32,000 nucleotides of DNA from NCBI RefSeq assembly GCF_004365815.1, contig NZ_SODD01000007.1, forward strand, positions 30,001 through 62,000. The letters are read 5' to 3'. Under the pieces are notes generated by a model that worked only from the letters and a program-made list of their open reading frames with translations, was not told the DNA's origin and made no database searches. Positions 8,256 to 15,065 of the stretch are shown here, one piece after another. The DNA comes from Breznakia blatticola. GTDB taxonomy: Bacteria > Bacillota_I > Bacilli_A > Erysipelotrichales > Erysipelotrichaceae. Positions within the stretch are counted from its first letter, which is position 1, and every line of letters starts with the position of its first letter. Both the position numbers and the translations under genes were made by a program.

Positions 8256-8678
8256 ATGGAAATATCAAAGAAGCTACAAAAACAAAGAAAAATGATGAAA
8301 CTTTCACAAGAAGAACTAGCAAATCGTTTGAATGTATCAAGACAGACCATTTCAAGTTGGGAAACAGGAAAGAGTTATCCTGATATATACAGTCTTGTAA
8401 GCGTTAGTGATATCTATGGACTCACCTTAGATGAATTGGTAAAAGGAGATGTGAAAATGTTAAACACAATGAAAAAAGAAAGTAGAGCAGCACAAGTAAA
8501 TAAGAAAGCGATGATTATGAGTGGTATCGGTTTGATTGGGTTGGGTCTAGGTTGGATCATTCCAACTTCACATGTAAGAGAATTTATCAGTGGTGCCGGG
8601 TTTGGCTTACTTATTGCGGGTGCATTGATGATGATTGTCACCAAAGTTGTGCTACAACTAGCAGTGGATAAAGACTAA
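8256..8678 (+). CDS. XRE-family helix-turn-helix regulator with C-terminal transmembrane segments
   Basis: The HTH (LSQEELANRLNVSRQTISSWETGKSYPD) is followed by two hydrophobic helices (AMIMSGIGLIGLGLGWII, GAGFGLLIAGALMMIV). The start was moved to ATG 8256 (AGGAG at 8246-8250). Confidence 0.75.
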   Translation: MEISKKLQKQRKMMKLSQEELANRLNVSRQTISSWETGKSYPDIYSLVSVSDIYGLTLDELVKGDVKMLNTMKKESRAAQVNKKAMIMSGIGLIGLGLGWIIPTSHVREFISGAGFGLLIAGALMMIVTKVVLQLAVDKD

Positions 8679-8728
8679 GTATAATAAGAAAATCATCTTC
8701 GGATGTCTTTTCTTTTACGTAATAAAAA

Positions 8729-8758
8729 ACTATAAACTCAATCGTGTGAATTTATAGT
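8729..8758 (-). terminator. Rho-independent terminator of the minus-strand 8752-9132 gene
   Basis: ACTATAAA (8729-8736) pairs with TTTATAGT (8751-8758). The A6 run at 8723-8728 reads as a T-run on the minus strand. The stop codon lies inside the stem. Confidence 0.65.
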
Positions 8759-9132
8759 TCAGGATCTACATTAATGAACTCTTTATATTTATCACCAAAG
8801 CCAAGTATTTCACCATGTTTTGTATAGGAAAGAATACCTGTATCACCGATTTTAAGTGATGAATATAAGAATGAAGGAACACTAAAAGTTCTTGTTGTAT
8901 GGTTGAATGCAAAAGTAACATCGTATGTATAAGAATATCTTTCGCCATATTTTGTGATAGCTACACTTTGATAATATGTCATATCCGTGATGGTTGCTGT
9001 ATAACGTGAAATATCCTTTTCTTTAGGTTTTCGTTTCTTATATTTATGGTATGCCCACATAGGCATCATGTACAAAAAAACTGTTAAAACAAGTAAACCA
9101 ATAACAATCAAATAATCAATAATTTTTCCCAT
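8752..9132 (-). CDS. Hypothetical single-pass membrane protein
   Basis: The N-terminal TM (IIDYLIVIGLLVLTVFLYMM) is followed by a KKRKPKEK stop-transfer stretch and a ~80-aa beta-rich domain. I recognise no family. Confidence 0.6.
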   Translation of the reverse strand: MGKIIDYLIVIGLLVLTVFLYMMPMWAYHKYKKRKPKEKDISRYTATITDMTYYQSVAITKYGERYSYTYDVTFAFNHTTRTFSVPSFLYSSLKIGDTGILSYTKHGEILGFGDKYKEFINVDPEL

Positions 9133-9256
9133 TTATAGCCCTCTGATTACATTAATAATAGCATATAGTAGGATTGTATAAATATAAAAAATAAAAGTTA
9201 CATAGTGCTCACTTATAAAAAATGGTAAAATAAACAAAAATAGGAGGCGTGTTTAT

Positions 9257-10237
9257 ATGATAAAAATTGGTATCGTTGGATATGGAAACCTTGGAAAAGG
9301 TGTAGAGAGCGCTGTTATTAACAGTAAGGATATGGAATTGATTGGAATTTTCACAAGAAGAAATCCAAGGGATCTAGTTGTACAAAGTGATACGAAAGTA
9401 TATGCATTAGATGATGCATTTAACATGAAAGATGAAATTGATGTAATGGTGATGTGTGGAGGAAGTGCAAATGATCTATTAGATCAAACGCCTGCATTTG
9501 CAAAGCATTTTAATGTAATTGATAGTTTTGATACACATGCTCGTATCCCAGAACATTTTGCGAATGTTGATGCAGCTAGTCAAATCGAGAAAACGGTAAG
9601 TATTATTTCTGTTGGATGGGATCCAGGGTTGTTCTCTGTGCAACGTTTATATGGGCAAGCAGTATTACCATACGGAAATGATTACACTTTCTGGGGTAAG
9701 GGAGTGAGTCAAGGGCATTCTGATGCGATTCGTCGTATTGAAGGTGTTGTAGATGCTAGACAATATACAATCCCAGTAGAAGCTGCTTTAGCTAGTGTAC
9801 GTAATAATGAAGACCCTGTATTAGATACAAGACAAAAACATACACGTGAATGTTATGTGGTTATAGAAGATGGGGCAGATGCAAAACAAATTGAAGATGC
9901 AATTGTAAATATGCCAAACTACTTTGCTGATTATGATACAACGGTTCATTTTATCTCAATGGAAGAATTACAACGTGATCATGCAGGAATTCCTCATGGT
10001 GGAGTTGTGTTTAGAAGTGGGAAAACCGGAATGAATTTAGATACACATCAATTAATTGAATATAAACTAGAGTTAGATTCAAACCCAGAATTTACAGCAA
10101 GTGTACTTGTTGCTTATGCAAGAGCTGCATATCGTTTACACAAAGATGGCGTATATGGATGTAAAACTGTCTTTGATATTGCTCCTGGACTGTTACATGA
10201 ACAAGATGGAGAAACATTAAGAAAACATCTATTATAA
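9257..10237 (+). CDS. ddh: meso-Diaminopimelate D-dehydrogenase
   Basis: Rossmann motif IGIVGYGNLGKG, the GWDPGLFS motif, a length of ~326 aa and the overall pattern match Ddh. AGGAGG RBS. Confidence 0.8.
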   Translation: MIKIGIVGYGNLGKGVESAVINSKDMELIGIFTRRNPRDLVVQSDTKVYALDDAFNMKDEIDVMVMCGGSANDLLDQTPAFAKHFNVIDSFDTHARIPEHFANVDAASQIEKTVSIISVGWDPGLFSVQRLYGQAVLPYGNDYTFWGKGVSQGHSDAIRRIEGVVDARQYTIPVEAALASVRNNEDPVLDTRQKHTRECYVVIEDGADAKQIEDAIVNMPNYFADYDTTVHFISMEELQRDHAGIPHGGVVFRSGKTGMNLDTHQLIEYKLELDSNPEFTASVLVAYARAAYRLHKDGVYGCKTVFDIAPGLLHEQDGETLRKHLL

Positions 10238-10256
10238 GATGTAAGGAGATCGTTGT

Positions 10257-10772
10257 ATGTATTGTGCAAATTATGAAAGTCCTCTTGGAATTTACAGAAT
10301 GATAAGTGATGGACAAGCTTTAATCGGGTTAGATCGTATGGTAGATGCAACAGATATACTAAACCAATTTGAATATCAAGAAACGCTTCCCATCTTTCAA
10401 AAAACAAGAGCTTGGTTAGATGCGTACTTTCGTAAAGAGAATCCATCGATTGATGCTTTGCATATACAACTACATGGAACTGCTTTTCAAAAAGAGGTAT
10501 GGGATGTATTGTTAGATGTGAAATATGGAAGTGTAGCAACATATGGTGATCTTGCAAAAATACTAGCAAAACGACGGAATATCAAACGGATGTCCAGTCA
10601 AGCGGTCGGTAATGCATTGGGTAAAAATCCAATACCAATCATTGTTCCATGTCATCGTGTTATTGGAACAAAGGATAATTTAGTAGGATATACTGGTGGT
10701 CTTCACATCAAGACATTTTTGTTAGAACTTGAAGGAATTGATATAACCAAACTTCACAAACCAAAATCGTAA
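10257..10772 (+). CDS. ogt: Methylated-DNA--protein-cysteine methyltransferase
   Basis: Active-site PCHRVI motif, preceded by FQKEVWDVLLDVKYGSVATYGDLA. 171 aa. Confidence 0.88.
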   Translation: MYCANYESPLGIYRMISDGQALIGLDRMVDATDILNQFEYQETLPIFQKTRAWLDAYFRKENPSIDALHIQLHGTAFQKEVWDVLLDVKYGSVATYGDLAKILAKRRNIKRMSSQAVGNALGKNPIPIIVPCHRVIGTKDNLVGYTGGLHIKTFLLELEGIDITKLHKPKS

Positions 10773-10778
10773 ATAGAT

Positions 10779-10807
10779 GGTCATGCAGCAATGTGTGGCC
10801 TTTTTTT
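10779..10807 (+). terminator. Rho-independent terminator after ogt
   Basis: GGTCATGC (10779-10786) pairs with GTGTGGCC (10793-10800), including G-U wobbles, followed by T7. Confidence 0.6.
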
Positions 10808-10824
10808 GTGAACAAATATTCACA
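10807..10824. repeat. Perfect inverted repeat TGTGAA-N6-TTCACA upstream of the ABC transporter genes
   Basis: TGTGAA (10807-10812) and TTCACA (10819-10824) are exact reverse complements. The repeat lies ~70 nt before the permease ATG. Confidence 0.5.
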
Positions 10825-10895
10825 TGAAATTTAAGAGAGTTTTAAGGAAAGGTCGATATACTTTTGAAGAAATAACAAAAGGAGATCAAGGATAT

Positions 10896-12374
10896 ATGTA
10901 TATTATAAAAAATGCATTACGAAATATTCGACGAATGTTTACAAAGAATATTCTTATTGCAATCATAATTTTGATTGTAGGATTCTCATGTGTGGTATCA
11001 CTGAGTATTAAGGAAGCAGCAAATACAGCTAGACAAGAAGGAATAGATGCAGTAAATATTACTGCAAATATTTCTTACGATAGACAAAAGATGATGCAAA
11101 ACATGCAACCACCAACACAAGGTGAACAAGATGGTACATCACAAGAAGACATGCGTGATAAAATGCGTGAAAGTATGCAAAATCAAAATCTAAGTCTGGA
11201 TGAGTTAGAAGTCTATGCAAAAGCGGATAGTGTAAGTGATTTTTACTATGAAAAAACAATGGCTATTGGTGCAACTGAAATTGAAGCGATTGAATCATCA
11301 AGTTCAGAAAACTTTGGGGGTCCCCAAGGAATGCCTGGAAGAAATGATGAAGACACAACATATGTTGAAGGTGATTTTTCACTAGTTGGAATTTCAAGTG
11401 TAAATGCACTAAGTGATTTTACTGATGGAACAAAAGAGCTTGTGGATGGAGAATATCTAGATATTGAGAAAACACATACGGTAATGATTTCAGAAGATCT
11501 AGCAACATATAACTCATTAGAGGTTGGTTCAAGTATTAAGCTACAAAATCCAAACAGTGAAAGTGAGACATATGTGGTTGAAGTTGTTGGTATTTATAGT
11601 CAAGTGAGTGACCAACAAATGATGATGCGTCAAGATCCGGCCAATCAAATGTATACAAGCGCAAACACTATAGATGCAATTGAAGCAAAAACCGCATCTG
11701 ATAATCCACTAACGAGTCAAGTGAAGGGTACCTATGTACTAGCAGATGTTGATGCCTATGATGCGTTTAGTGATGAAGTGTATGAACTAGGTTTATCAGA
11801 TGATTTTACTGTGCAAAGCATGGATGTAAGTATGTATGAGCAATCATTAGCACCTTTAGAAAATCTATCCAGTTTTGCAGATACCTTCTTTTTAGTCAGT
11901 ATTCTTGTTGGTGGAGCAATTCTTATTGTTTTCCAATTTTTAAGAGTGAAGGATCGCGTGTATGAAATCGGTGTATTACGTGCAATTGGAATGAGTAAGC
12001 TTAAAATATCACTTCAGTTCATTTGTGAATTGCTAATTATTACAACGGTATCACTAATATTAGCATTAGGAATTGGAGCAGCAACAAGTGTACCAATTAC
12101 AAATCAATTATTAGAAAGTCAAAGTGTGAGTACAAATGAATCTGAGATGCAAAATATGCCCGGTGGAATGCCACAAGGTATGGGTGGTAGACAAAGTAGT
12201 GAACCTAGTGGAAGTTTTATTGAAGATAGTGTACAAAGTGTATCCAGTGCAACCAACTGGACAGTTGTATTAGAAATTATGGTAATTGGTCTATTATTGA
12301 CCATTGTCTCTGGTGGTGTAGCAACAATTTTTATACAACGCTACGATACGATGAAAATACTACAACAAAGTTAG
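10896..12374 (+). CDS. FtsX/MacB-type ABC transporter permease with low-complexity extracytoplasmic inserts
   Basis: The architecture is TM1 (ILIAIIILIVGFSCVVSL), a ~330-aa external domain, then an FtsX-type C-terminal TM bundle (FFLVSILVGGAILIVFQFL..., ICELLIITTVSLILALGIGA, WTVVLEIMVIGLLLTIVSGG). The start was moved to ATG 10896 (GGAG at 10881). Confidence 0.8.
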   Translation: MYIIKNALRNIRRMFTKNILIAIIILIVGFSCVVSLSIKEAANTARQEGIDAVNITANISYDRQKMMQNMQPPTQGEQDGTSQEDMRDKMRESMQNQNLSLDELEVYAKADSVSDFYYEKTMAIGATEIEAIESSSSENFGGPQGMPGRNDEDTTYVEGDFSLVGISSVNALSDFTDGTKELVDGEYLDIEKTHTVMISEDLATYNSLEVGSSIKLQNPNSESETYVVEVVGIYSQVSDQQMMMRQDPANQMYTSANTIDAIEAKTASDNPLTSQVKGTYVLADVDAYDAFSDEVYELGLSDDFTVQSMDVSMYEQSLAPLENLSSFADTFFLVSILVGGAILIVFQFLRVKDRVYEIGVLRAIGMSKLKISLQFICELLIITTVSLILALGIGAATSVPITNQLLESQSVSTNESEMQNMPGGMPQGMGGRQSSEPSGSFIEDSVQSVSSATNWTVVLEIMVIGLLLTIVSGGVATIFIQRYDTMKILQQS

Positions 12375-12383
12375 GAGAAAAAC

Positions 12384-13019
12384 ATGAGTGAATTATCAAC
12401 AAAAGATCTAAGCTTTTATTATACAAAGGACAAATCAATCTTAAAGGAATTAAACCTTGCATTTGAGCGTGGAAAAATATATGCAATCGTTGGGAAATCA
12501 GGTGCAGGGAAAACAACGTTATTATCCTTATTATCACAACTACAAAGCCCAAAGGATGGACATATCTATTATGAAGGTCAAGACATTTCTAATATTAATG
12601 CAGATCACTATCGTTCATGTAACATTGGTGTGGTCTTTCAATCTTACAATTTACTGCCAAGTTGGAATGCAATCGAAAATGTAAGTCTTTCATTGGATAT
12701 TGCAAATTGGAAAGAATCAGATAAAAAGACACATGCAAAAATGTTGTTAGAGAAGATGCAAATAGATGAAAGTGATATGCATCGTGCAGTGCATCAATTA
12801 TCGGGTGGGCAACAACAACGTGTGGCAATAGCAAGAGCGATTAGTTACAATCCATCAATTATTCTTGCAGATGAACCAACGGGGAATTTAGATAAAGCAA
12901 CAGAAAAAGAAATCTTAACGATCTTTCAACAACTAGCATATGAAGAAGATAAGTGTGTAATCCTTGTCACACATGCTTCTTCAGTTACAAAAATAGCAGA
13001 CGAAATTTATCGACTATAA
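12384..13019 (+). CDS. ABC transporter ATP-binding protein (MacB/LolD-like partner of the FtsX permease)
   Basis: Walker A GKSGAGKTT, signature LSGGQQQR, Walker B ILADEPT and H-loop VTHA. It starts 9 nt after the permease stop. Confidence 0.9.
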   Translation: MSELSTKDLSFYYTKDKSILKELNLAFERGKIYAIVGKSGAGKTTLLSLLSQLQSPKDGHIYYEGQDISNINADHYRSCNIGVVFQSYNLLPSWNAIENVSLSLDIANWKESDKKTHAKMLLEKMQIDESDMHRAVHQLSGGQQQRVAIARAISYNPSIILADEPTGNLDKATEKEILTIFQQLAYEEDKCVILVTHASSVTKIADEIYRL

Positions 13020-13179
13020 AATGAATCGAATGATACATGGTGTCATCCTAAATTGTATATAAAGTATTATAATCATAGAGATAAAAAAGTAGAAATGTAT
13101 CATATATATTTGATAGGTGCTCAAAAAGCCCATGAAATAAGTGAAATTTCACACTCGATTAGATTTTTCGAGCAAAATA

Positions 13180-13188
13180 TGCTATAAT
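13180..13188 (+). promoter_or_regulatory. Candidate extended -10 promoter TGcTATAAT
   Basis: TG at 13180-13181 and TATAAT at 13183-13188. There is no good -35 element. Confidence 0.45.
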
Positions 13189-13200
13189 AAAGGCACAACG

Positions 13201-13249
13201 AGCGGTATTGATCATGTAGTTCTGTTGATCTTCCGCTTTTTATTTTTTT
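13201..13249 (+). terminator. Terminator-like hairpin plus T-run, 12 nt before the RBS of the CarD-like gene (possible attenuator, small RNA end or distal terminator of the ABC operon)
   Basis: The outer stem AGCGG (13201-13205) pairs with CCGCT (13233-13237). The inner stem GATCA (13210-13214) pairs with TGATC (13226-13230). The tail is TTTTTATTTTTTT. Confidence 0.5.
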
Positions 13250-13261
13250 AACTAGGAGGTA

Positions 13262-13750
13262 ATGATGTTAGAAATTGGAGAAAAAGTATTATATCACTTA
13301 TATGTATGCAACGTCGTGAGTAAAGAAAAAAGAAACGGTAAAATTTTCTACAAACTAGTTTCTGTGGATCATGATGGATATTCGTTCAAAATCCCAGCGA
13401 CGCACATTTCCACTAGTGTTCAACAAATCCCAACAAAAAAAGAACTACAAGGGTATTTAGAAAACATCGACATGAATGAAGTCAAACGCCCAACGGCTTT
13501 GGATATGGACCGTACGATTAAACCAATCTTGGATACATTTGATATTGAGAAATGGTTAGATGTTTATGGAATGTTATTTGATGAACGTAAAAAAGCCGTA
13601 GCAAGTGGAAAAATGGTTTCACAAAAGGTGCAAGGCTACTTAAATAACATGGAAGATAAAATCTTCAACTTATCTGCGTATATCTTTGATGATTCAGTAG
13701 ATGAAGTAAAAGATCGTATTTATACACATTTAGACAACATCACGAGTTAA
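13262..13750 (+). CDS. CarD/CdnL-like (YdeB-like) small protein; putative RNA-polymerase-interacting regulator
   Basis: AGGAGG RBS. The N-terminal LEIGEKVLY...KIFYKLVSV...FKIPATHIS pattern resembles the CarD_CdnL_TRCF Tudor-like domain, followed by a helical C-terminal half. The assignment is by eye only. Confidence 0.45.
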   Translation: MMLEIGEKVLYHLYVCNVVSKEKRNGKIFYKLVSVDHDGYSFKIPATHISTSVQQIPTKKELQGYLENIDMNEVKRPTALDMDRTIKPILDTFDIEKWLDVYGMLFDERKKAVASGKMVSQKVQGYLNNMEDKIFNLSAYIFDDSVDEVKDRIYTHLDNITS

Positions 13751-13768
13751 TTCTTGTGGTGTTTTTTT
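13741..13768 (+). terminator. Candidate rho-independent terminator
   Basis: CACGAG (13741-13746) pairs with CTTGTG (13753-13758) with one G-U pair. T7 follows after 3 nt. Confidence 0.45.
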
Positions 13769-13891
13769 ATATTCATATACATATGAAAATGTGAACAACA
13801 TTCATTTTTTTACATGATGATAGGCGTTTATATATTGTTATGGGATAATAATGATGTAGAAACGATTGTGCTGTGTGTGAAGGAGGTAGTT

Positions 13892-14233
13892 ATGGATATA
13901 CAAAAACTTAGAAGTGCACGCACTTGGTACAACGTAATGATGTTTGCTTTATCCTATGTTGTGTTTTATGACTTAAAAATCAATGTCTTTCTTTCAAGTG
14001 TATTTTTTACGTATTCTTTTGTATTGATATGGGTGCATGATTATTTTGTTAGAAATGTGAATAAAGAAAAACACTTTTTGTTGTACAAGCGAATCAATTA
14101 CATTTGTGGGATACTATTGTGTGGATTCTATCTATACTTTTGTTTACCACATGGATGGGTCATACCGATGTTTATGATAATAGTCACATGTAGCTTTCTT
14201 GCATTTACATATTATGCAATAGAAGGTATTTAG
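13892..14233 (+). CDS. Hypothetical polytopic small membrane protein (113 aa)
   Basis: AGGAGG at 13881-13886 supports ATG 13892. It has 3-4 hydrophobic helices rich in F/Y/C. I recognise no family. Confidence 0.6.
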   Translation: MDIQKLRSARTWYNVMMFALSYVVFYDLKINVFLSSVFFTYSFVLIWVHDYFVRNVNKEKHFLLYKRINYICGILLCGFYLYFCLPHGWVIPMFMIIVTCSFLAFTYYAIEGI

Positions 14234-14248
14234 TCTTGCGACAAAAAA

Positions 14249-14278
14249 ACAGTGAATCACGTAGCTGTGATTCACTGT
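14249..14278. terminator. Bidirectional terminator between convergent genes
   Basis: A perfect 12-bp stem ACAGTGAATCAC (14249-14260) pairs with GTGATTCACTGT (14267-14278). An A-run lies upstream and T-rich sequence downstream. Confidence 0.8.
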
Positions 14279-14287
14279 TCTTAATAA

Positions 14288-14566
14288 TTATTTAATTGGT
14301 CTATTTCCAGTTTTTGTACTTTCTTTTTCCCAGTACTTTTTCACTTCATTAAGATCCAAGTAAGGTGCATCAGTAGTTCTGAAGTCAGTTAATTTGTCAA
14401 AGAAGAATTCAGCTTCATTGTAATCATCAAAGATCATTAACATTTTACCATCATTCTTTAAGATCCATTTTCCATCTTTTGATCCGACTTTGAAGTTTTT
14501 TAACTTCATGTTTAACATCTTTCCAGTTTTGTCATCACCTGTTCTGTAAACTAAATATTTTTTCAT
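14288..14566 (-). CDS. Hypothetical small soluble protein (92 aa)
   Basis: The minus-strand AGGAGG (14575-14580) lies 8 nt before ATG 14566. The product is lysine-rich (MKKYLVYRTGDDKTGKMLNMKLKNFKV...) with no TM helix and no family I recognise. Confidence 0.6.
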   Translation of the reverse strand: MKKYLVYRTGDDKTGKMLNMKLKNFKVGSKDGKWILKNDGKMLMIFDDYNEAEFFFDKLTDFRTTDAPYLDLNEVKKYWEKESTKTGNRPIK

Positions 14567-14714
14567 ATCCTTTTCCTCCTTAGTTACATATTTATTATAC
14601 AACGGACTGCATAATTATAAAGTGATATGCTTAACAAAAATAATGTAGAAATAAAGTGCAAACAATCAAAATGTAAAAAGTTTCATCCATATTTGTAAAA
14701 AATTACATTTTTTG

Positions 14715-14743
14715 TTGACATAGTTTTCATTCAAGCGTATGAT
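14715..14743 (+). promoter_or_regulatory. Sigma-A promoter of the arg operon leader
   Basis: Consensus -35 TTGACA (14715-14720), 17-nt spacer, -10 TATGAT (14738-14743). Confidence 0.8.
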
Positions 14744-14749
14744 AAGAAC

Positions 14750-14988
14750 CATACAAAACGTTGATTAGGAAAAGTACTTAAGATTGAGATGCATAGCGAG
14801 ATAACGATTGGTGGAAGGTTATCCAGGAGAAATTAAGGAAACGCACCTAGGAGTGTTTATGGGAATGTAAGTATCATAAATCGTTGATCCTCGTTACGGA
14901 TTAGAGTGGGTAGTATAATACTATCAACTAGAGTGGTACCGCGTAAGTAAAACGTCTCTGGAATGATTTTTCCATGAGACGTTTTTTT
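14750..14988 (+). promoter_or_regulatory. T-box riboswitch leader, apparent specifier CGC (Arg)
   Basis: Stem I has a lower helix 14765-14769/14846-14850 and an upper helix 14777-14781/14833-14837. It also carries an AGTA element (14773-14776), an AGCGAG motif (14795-14800) and an apical GGTGGAA (14810-14816). The T-box sequence TAGAGTGGTACCGCG is at 14929-14943. The antiterminator (AGAG/CTCT plus GCG/CGT around the 7-nt bulge TGGTACC) competes with the terminator at 14949-14988. CGC at 14842-14844 precedes the conserved A adjoining the lower helix. Confidence 0.88.
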
Positions 14989-15065
14989 AATCTTCAACAA
15001 CCTAAAAACGTTCGTATATCGTATAATGAAATTGAATAAAGGACTATGAAAAAGGAGACGGTGTT

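Noticed and set aside
10114-10569. A 151-aa minus-strand ORF from the ORF track.
   Set aside because: It lies entirely antisense to the well-supported ddh and ogt genes. It has no RBS, and its His/Leu-rich composition is typical of a shadow frame.
12457-12684. A 75-aa alternative-frame + strand ORF inside the ABC ATPase gene, and similar embedded ORFs (for example 29392-29739 on the minus strand and 29663-29896 on the + strand inside cls).
   Set aside because: They are embedded in genes whose annotated frame carries complete catalytic motifs. They have no RBS and no recognisable features.
15001-15050. A possible ArgR/AhrC ARG box or second promoter (CGTATATCGTATAATGAAATTGAATAAAGG) between the T-box terminator and argG.
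   Set aside because: The TGAAT-like words are present but no ATTCA partner forms the ARG-box palindrome. The TATAAT has no usable -35. I found this insufficient to call either feature.
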